A stretch of 20,000 nucleotides of DNA from an uncultured virus (IMG/VR IMGVR_UViG_3300025012_000952) (lineage: Duplodnaviria > Heunggongvirae > Uroviricota > Caudoviricetes). The notes beneath the pieces were generated by a model. It was not told the origin of the DNA and searched no databases. It was given only the letters and a program-made list of their open reading frames with translations. Position 1 is the first letter of the stretch; each line of letters opens with the position of its first letter. The stretch lies in IMG/VR virus record IMGVR_UViG_3300025012_000952, positions 53,632-73,631 of that record; one strand, given 5' to 3'. Made by a program: the position numbers and the translations under genes. This document shows, one piece after another, positions 8,300 to 16,552 of the stretch.

Positions 8300-9857
8300 C
8301 TTTCTTTCCCCCTTTATTTCCATCATAAAATACAAATTCTGTATCAATAATTGGCTGGCCCAATTCTAATTGTTGAAGCATCATCACTTGCCTTCGTTTG
8401 TTAAATCTTTTCCATCTATGCTCCAACACTCCAGTTCTCCATACTCCTTTTTCTTTTTCTTCAGGAGTTTGATCTAGAGACATCATTATATCTACATGAG
8501 CCAAAATATAAGCATTTACTCCGATATCACTTTCATCTTGTAAATCTTTGGTAAGGGCGGATCTTCCAGATCCTAACGATTGTGCTCCGGTTACTACTAA
8601 CGCAGATCTGGATTGAGCCAATCGTTTATGAGCTTTAAATACATCGTCAACATCATGACGAGGATCATTAAATTTACGTTCTGATAAAATGATTGAAGCG
8701 TAGTCGGTGATTATAACGTCGGGTATAAATCCTTCAATTCTTTCTAATTCATCTAATTGATCTTCTACGTCCGACATTGTAGCGGAATAGGCAGGGAAGC
8801 TGATCATTCTGAGCAAGTCTTTACCGAACATTTTATTGAAACGTTTGATCTCTTTACGGGTATTAGGTAGGCTTAATTTAGGCCGATCTGCCACGAAGAA
8901 CCACGTTGTAGCTAAGAAATTACCCCCTCCGGGTATCTTCCTACAGGCCGTACACGGTCGATACCTTCCGGGGGCTTTAGGGTCGAATTTAGGGGGGCGG
9001 GTTTCCCTATTCATACGTTCTAAATTATTGCAGGAATTATCTTGATTATTCAAACAATCAAAACTAGGATAAATATAACCTTGGTTTTCGTCTCCTTCTC
9101 CCATAACTCCTAATTCTTTATACATTCTGGTAGCTTGGTGCTTATCTTTCATTTCGAAAGAAAGCATAGCTACCCTTTTTCTAGACATCATAGCATCGAA
9201 TGCGAAATTTTCTAGAATCCAGGTTTTTCCACGTTTTGCAGGCCCCATTACAGTTATTAACCATCCTCTATGAAGATCACCTAATAAATCTCCTAATTTA
9301 CCTTTCATTCTAAATAGAGGAACTTCTTTTTCTTCAAAAACTGAATTTAAAAAATTAGGATCATCTAGTGGTTTAGACCATTTATAAGTGACTTCGTCAA
9401 CTATCTTTTTTTTACTTTCATAGAATTTTTCAGCTTCTTCAGTTTTACCTATATCTAATAGAGCAGTAATACCTTCTGCAGTCCTTCTTAAATGCTGAGT
9501 CTTTAAATATTCCTTGCCTTTATCGATAATAAAATCATCGTTTACTCCGTCGGGTCCTCCTTCTGATAAATATTCCTCTGATAACTTAGCCAGGAATAAT
9601 TCAATTTCTTCGTCTAGTCCCTGTTTGAGTTTTCCTTTTTCTGTTTCGTACAAATCTTTAATATGATTCTTTGGAGCAGATTTATATCGGTCAAAATAAT
9701 CTAGAATCCATCGAACGATATTTTTGCTGACCTCTAGTTCGAATACGTTTGGATCAGCGAATGGAGCAAGATGTGTTATTACCTTGTCAGAAATGATCAT
9801 TCCTGTAATGATACGTTTTTCTACTCCCTTATCAGAGCGGTGAATCCGTCTGAGCAT
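8292..9857 (-). CDS. DnaB-like (SF4) replicative helicase
   Basis: Walker A GPAKRGKT, LSFEM motif, Walker B VIITDYA, VTGAQ, HVDIMMSL; N-terminal helical domain. Confidence 0.88.
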   Translation of the reverse strand: MLRRIHRSDKGVEKRIITGMIISDKVITHLAPFADPNVFELEVSKNIVRWILDYFDRYKSAPKNHIKDLYETEKGKLKQGLDEEIELFLAKLSEEYLSEGGPDGVNDDFIIDKGKEYLKTQHLRRTAEGITALLDIGKTEEAEKFYESKKKIVDEVTYKWSKPLDDPNFLNSVFEEKEVPLFRMKGKLGDLLGDLHRGWLITVMGPAKRGKTWILENFAFDAMMSRKRVAMLSFEMKDKHQATRMYKELGVMGEGDENQGYIYPSFDCLNNQDNSCNNLERMNRETRPPKFDPKAPGRYRPCTACRKIPGGGNFLATTWFFVADRPKLSLPNTRKEIKRFNKMFGKDLLRMISFPAYSATMSDVEDQLDELERIEGFIPDVIITDYASIILSERKFNDPRHDVDDVFKAHKRLAQSRSALVVTGAQSLGSGRSALTKDLQDESDIGVNAYILAHVDIMMSLDQTPEEKEKGVWRTGVLEHRWKRFNKRRQVMMLQQLELGQPIIDTEFVFYDGNKGGKKDE

Positions 9858-9861
9858 AAAG

Positions 9862-10107
9862 CTATTTCTTGACGGCGTTCAGATTTAAGGAAAATCCTTC
9901 AGCGCCAAGAATGGGAATAAATCCTCCAGTACTGGCGATTATGTTAGTTTTCCCCGATTGAGATTTACCAAAATCTTGTTTTAAATCTACTTCAATGATG
10001 GGGATATTATCATTTTGTACTTCCATTATTATGTTTTTAATTTTAATTTTATTTTGATTCTCTAATTCTGCTATTCTTTCTTTAAGTTTCTGAATATCTT
10101 CGGTCAT
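9862..10107 (-). CDS. Small hypothetical protein
   Basis: ATGA overlap; IEVDL...GKSQSGKTNIIASTGG motif, which I recall from small uncharacterised proteins. Confidence 0.75.
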   Translation of the reverse strand: MTEDIQKLKERIAELENQNKIKIKNIIMEVQNDNIPIIEVDLKQDFGKSQSGKTNIIASTGGFIPILGAEGFSLNLNAVKK

Positions 10108-10802
10108 TTTTGATCTCCTTTTGGTTGGAAGGGTTGGATTAAACTAGGATCTCTTATGATATTCCAATGATTTCCTGCTCCCCAAAGTAATAGCTGAGGG
10201 GAGAATACTATACGCTCGGTCCTTTTCCAAGTAAACCACAAAATTGCTTGTAATTGATTCGGAAGTAATTTATGTTTTCTAGCTACTTTGAAAAATACTT
10301 CGGCCATTTCGTCGTATCTTTTTGGGGAAGATACTAATTTCAACTCTGCTACTTCTTTCATACGGTATCGTCTACCAGAATAAATGGAACACATATGCCC
10401 ATCAAGTGTAATATATTTAGGGTCTTTGGGCAGCAAAATATTTAAGTAAAAATTTCTAGTTTTTGGTCCTGAAGTTTCTGCTAGGAAATCCTTATTTCCG
10501 ATTAGGAATTCAATTGCTCTACTTTTACATTGATTATAAGTAGAAACTATAATTTTATTTGGAGGGATTTTATTTTTAATACCGATCATAATACTGACGA
10601 GGGACCGGATATTACCCATATAATCATTGTTGGGGGATAATGCAACGAATGCGGCTACTGTTGGGCAGAATCCGAATCCATGATAATTTGCTACATTTTT
10701 TAACATTTCATTATATCTATGGTAGGCTACTTTTCCTTCTTCTTTGTCGATGGAATCTGATAAAGAGTAAACTTTTTCTATGTTGATTGTTTTAGATTTC
10801 AA
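10104..10802 (-). CDS. Phage protein with putative HhH-GPD DNA glycosylase-like fold (DUF7178-like)
   Basis: ALSPNN...GPKTRNFYLNI...ITLDGHM...LLPNQLQAILW; the GxK, DxH and QAxxW pattern of HhH-type proteins. Confidence 0.6.
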   Translation of the reverse strand: MKSKTINIEKVYSLSDSIDKEEGKVAYHRYNEMLKNVANYHGFGFCPTVAAFVALSPNNDYMGNIRSLVSIMIGIKNKIPPNKIIVSTYNQCKSRAIEFLIGNKDFLAETSGPKTRNFYLNILLPKDPKYITLDGHMCSIYSGRRYRMKEVAELKLVSSPKRYDEMAEVFFKVARKHKLLPNQLQAILWFTWKRTERIVFSPQLLLWGAGNHWNIIRDPSLIQPFQPKGDQK

Positions 10803-11665
10803 AAGAAAAGCCCTGCTAATTCTTTCTTTATGTTTTTTTCTATCTTTAAAATTGCATTATTTTGTTTTATCAACGATTTGATAATAGCGGGTCTAGCCCA
10901 ATTTCTTTGGAATTTGGACCATTCTTTGTTTTTATCTCCTTTTTCATTTTTATATAACATACCCATTGGTAAAAACCCTGCCTTGACCGTTTTAAATAGC
11001 CTATTTTCTGCTTTTTGTATAGTATCGTTAGGAAATCCTATTAAAACAAAACATCTGAGTTGATTGAAAGTAAACCCTGCTTCTTTCAGCATGCTCCCCG
11101 CTTTGATTAAAGATTCATATTTTTCCTCCGTATCGTATGCAAAGAATATTTGAGAAGGATTGGCTTTTATGAGTAGATCTACTATCCATGGTTTTAATTT
11201 AGTTGCTTCTAATCCTCCAGTAAATTCTGGTCGATGATTTTGGCGTGAAAGCATTAAAAAGACATTTCTAATATGATTTTCTGAGCAAGCTAATAGGTTA
11301 TCATCTAGTATATTCCAACCATCTTTTATTTCTAATTCCCTGATATTTCCTTCTCTTTTCCAAACAGAACAAAACCAACATTTATTTGGGCATCCTCTAG
11401 ATGTAATGACATATCCTAATTTTAAATATTTACCAGGGATAAATTCTTCCCCTTTATTTCCTAATGCAGGACCACCAATATTTATAGGAGCAACATCTTT
11501 CCAACTTTTTTCTAAAATTTCTATTAATTTTAGGTCCCAAGTAAAAGTAAAGGATATCTCCACTTTTTTTATTTCTGGTAATAGTAACCCAGGTGGTCCG
11601 AAGAATGCCAAGGAATCATCTGGGGATGCTTTAGTTTTTCTAGGGAATACTCTTGCTATAGTCAT
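10799..11665 (-). CDS. Radical SAM protein with reduced B12-binding-like N-terminal domain
   Basis: TSRGCPNKCWFC, ILDDNLL, FFAYD, FVLIGF; N-terminal ISFTFTWD and IGGP. Confidence 0.85.
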   Translation of the reverse strand: MTIARVFPRKTKASPDDSLAFFGPPGLLLPEIKKVEISFTFTWDLKLIEILEKSWKDVAPINIGGPALGNKGEEFIPGKYLKLGYVITSRGCPNKCWFCSVWKREGNIRELEIKDGWNILDDNLLACSENHIRNVFLMLSRQNHRPEFTGGLEATKLKPWIVDLLIKANPSQIFFAYDTEEKYESLIKAGSMLKEAGFTFNQLRCFVLIGFPNDTIQKAENRLFKTVKAGFLPMGMLYKNEKGDKNKEWSKFQRNWARPAIIKSLIKQNNAILKIEKNIKKELAGLFF

Positions 11666-12591
11666 TGCAAGGATCTCATCAATTCTTTCCCTTGTTCAAC
11701 AGTTAACTCTCCGGGGTCTTTAACTCCATTTAATTCAATTACTTCCGATTCAGTCCACCAAATTTGTTCTGATAACTTCTTTGCAGATTTCTGAGCAATC
11801 TCCTCCGAATCGAACAAGATAAATATCTTACTACCGTTTAATTCTCTTAGTAGTTTCACTTGCGAAGCTGTCCATTGAGTTCCAAAAGTAGCTACAGATC
11901 CTGCTCCTAATCGGATCTGATCAAGAGGTCCCTCGACAACGACTATGTTTTTTCCAGGGGGAGTTTCATCGAATCCAAATAAAGTTTCTTTTGCTGGAAA
12001 TATACTTTTTTCCTCTTCCAAATTTCGATATTTTATTTTTGATCTATTAGTTAGGTCTCTGCCGATCCAAGTTACTAATCGTCCTCTGAGAGTTATTGGT
12101 AGAATTAATCGAAACTTGAAATCCCCTACGTGTCCGCCATAATAAAGTTCTCTACTTCTTATTACAGATTCTGGGTCGAATCCACGTTTAGCTAAAAATT
12201 TTATTACTATATCAGGAATAGTAGGCCAAGATAATTTAACGTAATTTTTTGGTATTTCTAATTTAGTAATTCCTGATTTACTTTCTTCTGAATATTCTAT
12301 TAATGATAGTCTACTAGGATTTTGATATTTCTCCATTACCTCCAGAGTTTCCGGAAAAGTTACATGGTTTTCTAAAATTTTAATTAATTTGGATATGCTT
12401 CCTTTTGTAGAACATTTCCAGCAACTGATGAAATTTGAGGTAATATTAATGCCTAAATGCTCTCCAGTATCTGAGCAGAAAGGGCACGCTACGCCTAACC
12501 ATCCACGTTCTTGTCGGGAAGAATTAAATGGTATTCCCCTATCATTTAAATAGGGAATAACATCAAAAAGCATTATGGTTAAATTATTCAC
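11662..12591 (-). CDS. DNA primase (Zn finger + TOPRIM)
   Basis: CPFC...H...CWKC, RLILPI...WIGR, VVVEGPLD, VATFGT, ILFDSE, KDPGE. Confidence 0.9.
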   Translation of the reverse strand: MNNLTIMLFDVIPYLNDRGIPFNSSRQERGWLGVACPFCSDTGEHLGINITSNFISCWKCSTKGSISKLIKILENHVTFPETLEVMEKYQNPSRLSLIEYSEESKSGITKLEIPKNYVKLSWPTIPDIVIKFLAKRGFDPESVIRSRELYYGGHVGDFKFRLILPITLRGRLVTWIGRDLTNRSKIKYRNLEEEKSIFPAKETLFGFDETPPGKNIVVVEGPLDQIRLGAGSVATFGTQWTASQVKLLRELNGSKIFILFDSEEIAQKSAKKLSEQIWWTESEVIELNGVKDPGELTVEQGKELMRSLQ

Positions 12592-12782
12592 TATTTTAAA
12601 TCAAAAAGATTTTCAATTTCTTTTAGTACTTCATAAGGAGGACATTTAATTGATTTTATTAATTTATCAGAATGGCCATGTTCAGATCCTCCGTAACGAT
12701 GATATAATTCTAACCTGTAGTTTGTCTTCATTTTATCAATAGTAATTTCTATTACTTTTCTACTTTTCATAGTTTTTTCCAT
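12591..12782 (-). CDS. Hypothetical protein, 63 aa
   Basis: Fills the gap; TAG overlaps the primase GTG. Confidence 0.65.
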   Translation of the reverse strand: MEKTMKSRKVIEITIDKMKTNYRLELYHRYGGSEHGHSDKLIKSIKCPPYEVLKEIENLFDLK

Positions 12783-12786
12783 TTGA

Positions 12787-13395
12787 TTATTCTTCCTTTC
12801 TTTTCATTATTCCTACAGATTCTAAATCAAATAAATAGATGGTTCTCTCTGGAAGGTATTTAATTATTTTGAAGTTTTTTCCAAAACATTTAAATGAAAT
12901 TAGTTTTCCATTTGGATCTCTTTTTATATTTATTGCTAAAGGTAAAAGTATTTCAGCATCTGTTGGATTTATTACTCCATCTTTCATATTTGGATAGGGT
13001 TCTGGGGGAATGTTTTTATTTATTTTCTCCCAAAGATCTGTAATATCTTTCATAGATAAATTACCTATTGGCGGTGGTGTGCTATAGGTATTAGCAGTTA
13101 ATTCTCCAAAAAGTTCATTTTCTATTTTATCCAATAAAATTTTTGTTCTTTCTTTTTTCATCCATTCCTTAGTGGTTATTTCTATGGCTCCGTGCTCTAC
13201 GGCTATTTTTCTTCTTTTTGGGGTAAGATCATAATGAGGATATTTTTCATCTTGAAACCATTCTCTTTTCATTTCTATTCTATTTGCGAATCTATGTAAT
13301 TCTTCCAAATATCCGTCAGTAAACATATGACAATTTAGGGTAACTCTCCCTCGTAGACGCCAACCATGGTTTTTTAATTCATCGACGTAGATCAT
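12787..13395 (-). CDS. DUF4031 domain fused to an unknown C-terminal domain
   Basis: IYVD...CHMFTD..LEELHRFA..I.MKREWFQ....PHYDLT...R..AV..GA covers the first ~75 aa. Confidence 0.75.
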   Translation of the reverse strand: MIYVDELKNHGWRLRGRVTLNCHMFTDGYLEELHRFANRIEMKREWFQDEKYPHYDLTPKRRKIAVEHGAIEITTKEWMKKERTKILLDKIENELFGELTANTYSTPPPIGNLSMKDITDLWEKINKNIPPEPYPNMKDGVINPTDAEILLPLAINIKRDPNGKLISFKCFGKNFKIIKYLPERTIYLFDLESVGIMKRKEE

Positions 13396-13709
13396 ATAGC
13401 ATTTAATTTTTCTTTGAATTCTTTTAATATTTTTTCAAATTCTTCTTTACTCGATTTATATTTTCCTTCACCTAAGAAGTAATCTGCATCTCCATTTACT
13501 AAACTATTCTCTATTTCTAATTCATATGAAATTTCATTATTTCTACATCTAATATCTTTATGGAGACTAATATGATTTCTTTCTGATAATCTTTTGGTAT
13601 AAATATTTGCCTCATAATCATCTCCGCTACAATCATGTCTCATATAAATGGGAAATTCTATATCTACCTCTATTTCTTTTTCAATTTTAGTTTTTAATTT
13701 AATTTTCAT
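13392..13709 (-). CDS. Hypothetical protein
   Basis: Start chosen at ATG 13709 after GAAGGA; ATGA overlap downstream. Confidence 0.65.
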   Translation of the reverse strand: MKIKLKTKIEKEIEVDIEFPIYMRHDCSGDDYEANIYTKRLSERNHISLHKDIRCRNNEISYELEIENSLVNGDADYFLGEGKYKSSKEEFEKILKEFKEKLNAI

Positions 13710-13720
13710 TTTTTCCTTCT

Positions 13721-14113
13721 TTAATTTATTTTTTCCCACTTATTGCATATTGCATCATAACTTGAATCTTTATAAGTTTTTTCGCACATACCAATAAGAG
13801 GGGTTCTATCAAGATTAATTCTCCAGTGTTTACAACAAATGCAAGAAGTAACGGGGATAATTTTTGATATAAGTTCTTTGCTTTGTTGAATTGGAGAAAT
13901 TCCCCATATTATTTCCTTGTCCACTTGTTTAAAAAATAATTCAGTTACTTTATTTTTCATCCATTCTATATATTTTAATACTTCTTCTTCAGTGCAATTA
14001 GGAATATTAAAAGTTTGGAATGTGCTAATTATTGTTTCATCTCCATCCTTATCTCCTTTATCAAAGTATTTAAATTCATCAGAATCTTTCATTTTTGTTA
14101 TTCTTACCTTCAC
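13721..14113 (-). CDS. Hypothetical protein with C-terminal Cys cluster
   Basis: SCICCKHW...GMC...CNKWE; start uncertain. Confidence 0.65.
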   Translation of the reverse strand: MKVRITKMKDSDEFKYFDKGDKDGDETIISTFQTFNIPNCTEEEVLKYIEWMKNKVTELFFKQVDKEIIWGISPIQQSKELISKIIPVTSCICCKHWRINLDRTPLIGMCEKTYKDSSYDAICNKWEKIN

Positions 14114-14279
14114 ATAATCTGCAGTATCTGTAAAGTTTTTCAGCTTCTTTTCTAGTTATAATTTTTTTGTAATCTGGATGTGCTCTTCTAAATGAAGGGC
14201 AATCAGCATTTGTATGAAATTTTACATCTTTTATATATGTTAGAGGGTGTCGGGCTATAAATACTTTTTCAGATTCCAT
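14079..14279 (-). CDS. Small putative Zn-binding protein
   Basis: KFHTNADCPSF...YCRLC; start at ATG 14279 by TAATG coupling. Confidence 0.6.
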   Translation of the reverse strand: MESEKVFIARHPLTYIKDVKFHTNADCPSFRRAHPDYKKIITRKEAEKLYRYCRLCEGKNNKNERF

Positions 14280-14485
14280 TACTCTTCTCCTATCGGGGTT
14301 CGACATGAGGGAGGCAATCCAGAACAATTACATTTATAAGTTAATAAACATTCCCCATCATCAGAATGGTATCCTTCATGATGGCCGCATGGACACATCT
14401 TTGGTCCATTTTTATAGCACCATGATGGAACATAGGGAGTATCGTTTGACGGACCACGACTACTTTGACTTACTGGACCAGGCAT
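14279..14485 (-). CDS. Small Cys/His-rich protein
   Basis: GGAGG RBS; CPCGHHEGYH...C...CNC. Confidence 0.7.
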   Translation of the reverse strand: MPGPVSQSSRGPSNDTPYVPSWCYKNGPKMCPCGHHEGYHSDDGECLLTYKCNCSGLPPSCRTPIGEE

Positions 14486-14500
14486 TTTATTCCCTCCAAT

Positions 14501-14671
14501 CTACTCACCGCCAAAAATTATCAACGATGCTCCTCCATATATTATTGCCAACACCCCTATTGTTATATACGTTGCCGCTGCACCAGTTTCATTTCCTGAT
14601 ATTGGCATACGAGATACCAATAATATTACTCCAAGAAGTATAATGGCGAGTCCTTGGCATCTAATTAGCAT
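14501..14671 (-). CDS. Small two-TM membrane protein, 56 aa; not in the ORF track
   Basis: Manual translation MLIRCQGLAIILLGVILLVSRMPISGNETGAAATYITIGVLAIIYGGASLIIFGGE*; AAGGAGG RBS; fills the gap. Confidence 0.7.
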   Translation of the reverse strand: MLIRCQGLAIILLGVILLVSRMPISGNETGAAATYITIGVLAIIYGGASLIIFGGE

Positions 14672-15153
14672 TTCCCTTCCTCCTTCACCGAGGGCGGGGT
14701 TATTGCTTCGTAGTTGTCATCGGAATCTTCCCGCGAACAATCCCCCCGGCGTAGGTGATCTTCACAGAATCGGCGGTACGCGATCCCATAGAGATCATCC
14801 TTGTCGAGTTTATGCCCTCGGTCAGAAAACTCTTGCTTGATCGCGTAGGTGATTAAGGCGGGCTTGCCACATGAGGGCTGGTCGCATAAATCTTTTTCAA
14901 GGGCGATAACTTTATCTGGAATAGGTTCCTGCGCCAACATCCACTCGTTCCCTAAGAATAGGATAGCCGTATTCATATCCCTAGTCGTGTAATCATGAAC
15001 TAAGTGTCCCTTGAACCAAAATTCGACGCGGACACTCTGCCGCCATTCGTCTCCCGATAGGCCACTCGTTTTGTAGCGTGGAACAATTTGCATAGTAATG
15101 TGGTCGAATGCTTCCCATCCTGACAACCTCTTATGGTACGAATTGTTAATCAT
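14665..15153 (-). CDS. Hypothetical protein with CxxxxC...CxxH putative Zn site
   Basis: Start re-called at ATG 15153 (RBS present, 2 nt after the upstream stop); CDQPSC and FCEDH; GC-rich. Confidence 0.7.
   Translation of the reverse strand: MINNSYHKRLSGWEAFDHITMQIVPRYKTSGLSGDEWRQSVRVEFWFKGHLVHDYTTRDMNTAILFLGNEWMLAQEPIPDKVIALEKDLCDQPSCGKPALITYAIKQEFSDRGHKLDKDDLYGIAYRRFCEDHLRRGDCSREDSDDNYEAITPPSVKEEGKC
14681..14701. repeat. 21-bp direct repeat, left copy
   Basis: tccttcaccgagggcggggtt, identical to 15338-15358. Confidence 0.9.
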
Positions 15154-15155
15154 CC

Positions 15156-15338
15156 TCACTCCCTCCCCTCCCCATTCAGTCTCCCCGCCAGCCACTCCGC
15201 GTACCGTAACCGCTCGGCCCTGTTCCTGAAATCCCCGTTCACGGTGAGCGCAACATCGTGGTGGAAGTCGCCGGACTCCACGTACACTCCCCGCGTTTCT
15301 TCATCGTAGCGGAAGGTCCAGGGGCCGATGTCCATCAT
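15156..15338 (-). CDS. Hypothetical protein, 60 aa, GC-rich
   Basis: Starts at the edge of the direct repeat, which supplies GAAGGA. Confidence 0.7.
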   Translation of the reverse strand: MMDIGPWTFRYDEETRGVYVESGDFHHDVALTVNGDFRNRAERLRYAEWLAGRLNGEGRE

Positions 15339-15358
15339 CCTTCACCGAGGGCGGGGTT
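15338..15358. repeat. 21-bp direct repeat, right copy
   Basis: tccttcaccgagggcggggtt, identical to 14681-14701. Confidence 0.9.
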
Positions 15359-15607
15359 CTATTTGCGTACAGCCAGGTACCTTTTAATGGCCCGGTCCTG
15401 ATTATCCATTACGGATTCTAATTTATATATAACGGCCATACTCCTTGCAATGGTGTAACTTTGATTCTTTATTACATTATCCTGAAAGACAATGGTCTTG
15501 GTTTGTATAGTTATCGTCTCGCGCAATTCCCTGATGGATAACTGTTGAAAAACAATTGATATTATCATCAAAACGACAATCCCTACCAAGTATATCCTGA
15601 TTGTCAA
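15359..15607 (-). CDS. Membrane-anchored coiled-coil protein
   Basis: N-terminal hydrophobic helix IYLVGIVVLMIISIVF, then a TITIQ/TIVFQ/VIKNQ heptad pattern. Confidence 0.7.
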   Translation of the reverse strand: MTIRIYLVGIVVLMIISIVFQQLSIRELRETITIQTKTIVFQDNVIKNQSYTIARSMAVIYKLESVMDNQDRAIKRYLAVRK

Positions 15608-15894
15608 TTCTCCCCCTCCTTCAGCGAGCGTAGGGCGGCTAGTTCATCAATATGTTTTTGAACTATATTCCGTTGCCATTCATTACGAACGGCGGCAGAA
15701 GGATACTCTTCTGCGTCTCCCTCCCAAAATATATATATCCCTTTTGTTTTTGCCTCAAGTATGAAGCATTCCATGCAAAGTAAATTTTTCTTTGTGACTT
15801 TATCCCATAGTTCATCTGTTACGCGATAAACATCGTCATATCCTTCACCGCATATTTGGCAATGTTCCCTCTCTAGATTCGTATCCAAGTTCAT
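15604..15894 (-). CDS. Small Zn-finger protein
   Basis: CQIC...VTDELW...LCMEC. Confidence 0.7.
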   Translation of the reverse strand: MNLDTNLEREHCQICGEGYDDVYRVTDELWDKVTKKNLLCMECFILEAKTKGIYIFWEGDAEEYPSAAVRNEWQRNIVQKHIDELAALRSLKEGEN

Positions 15895-16271
15895 TTTCCT
15901 CCCGTGGTCCCCACGATATAGAATTGCTTCTTTCCCATTGCTATTTTTTCTTTTTTATTTGGATCGTTATATCTTATTTGTACAATAATTCCGTTTCCAT
16001 TTTTATCTGCATTGGGAATGTAAATTCCAATAGATCTATCGGGATTGGGTATTTCATAGATAGGCTTCATCCCTGCTTTTTTCATTAAAGCAGCAAGGGG
16101 GCATTTCTTATGGTGGCCTATTGTATCCGTCCACCAATCCATATTTGGCTTATGGCCATGGCATAGTTCACATTGCCCGTTGCCCATACTCCACTCGAAA
16201 TCTTCAATGGTCTTATGATCAATCTCGTCTTTACTAAGCCAGTTTAATCTGTTTTTATTTTTACGTATCAT
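15891..16271 (-). CDS. Hypothetical protein with CxxC...HxxxC motif
   Basis: GQCELCHG...GHHKKCPLA; AAGGAG RBS. Confidence 0.7.
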   Translation of the reverse strand: MIRKNKNRLNWLSKDEIDHKTIEDFEWSMGNGQCELCHGHKPNMDWWTDTIGHHKKCPLAALMKKAGMKPIYEIPNPDRSIGIYIPNADKNGNGIIVQIRYNDPNKKEKIAMGKKQFYIVGTTGGK

Positions 16272-16274
16272 CTT

Positions 16275-16547
16275 TTATTTCTCCTTTCTTTTCACCCATC
16301 GTTTTTGTTTCATTATTTTCCTAGTTTTCAAATTGATTCTATCGAAACGTATTCCAAGTAAATTACAAACCCCTATTCCTATTGGACCCCCAAATATTCC
16401 TTCTGTTCCCTTGGTATCTTTCTCACAATCATAGCACCAGATATGATCTATGTATTCGCTCCAAGTTGTATTAGTTCCCTGGCATAGATCGCAAGTAATT
16501 TCATATATAATTGGTTTTTGGGCATAGCACCAAGTTCGTTTTCTCAT
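16275..16547 (-). CDS. Zn-ribbon protein
   Basis: CDLC...WSEY...IWCYDC; start re-called at ATG 16547. Confidence 0.7.
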   Translation of the reverse strand: MRKRTWCYAQKPIIYEITCDLCQGTNTTWSEYIDHIWCYDCEKDTKGTEGIFGGPIGIGVCNLLGIRFDRINLKTRKIMKQKRWVKRKEK

Positions 16548-16552
16548 ATATT

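Noticed and set aside
8880..9110. Intein in the DnaB-like helicase
   Set aside because: No TxxH block or terminal HN-C/S/T, and too short. Treated as a Cys-rich insertion.
14681..15358. IS element or integrated prophage
   Set aside because: No transposase or integrase, no terminal inverted repeats, and only 678 bp.
14501..15607. Holin/spanin lysis module
   Set aside because: No endolysin or lipobox-containing partner is visible, and the context is early or replication genes.
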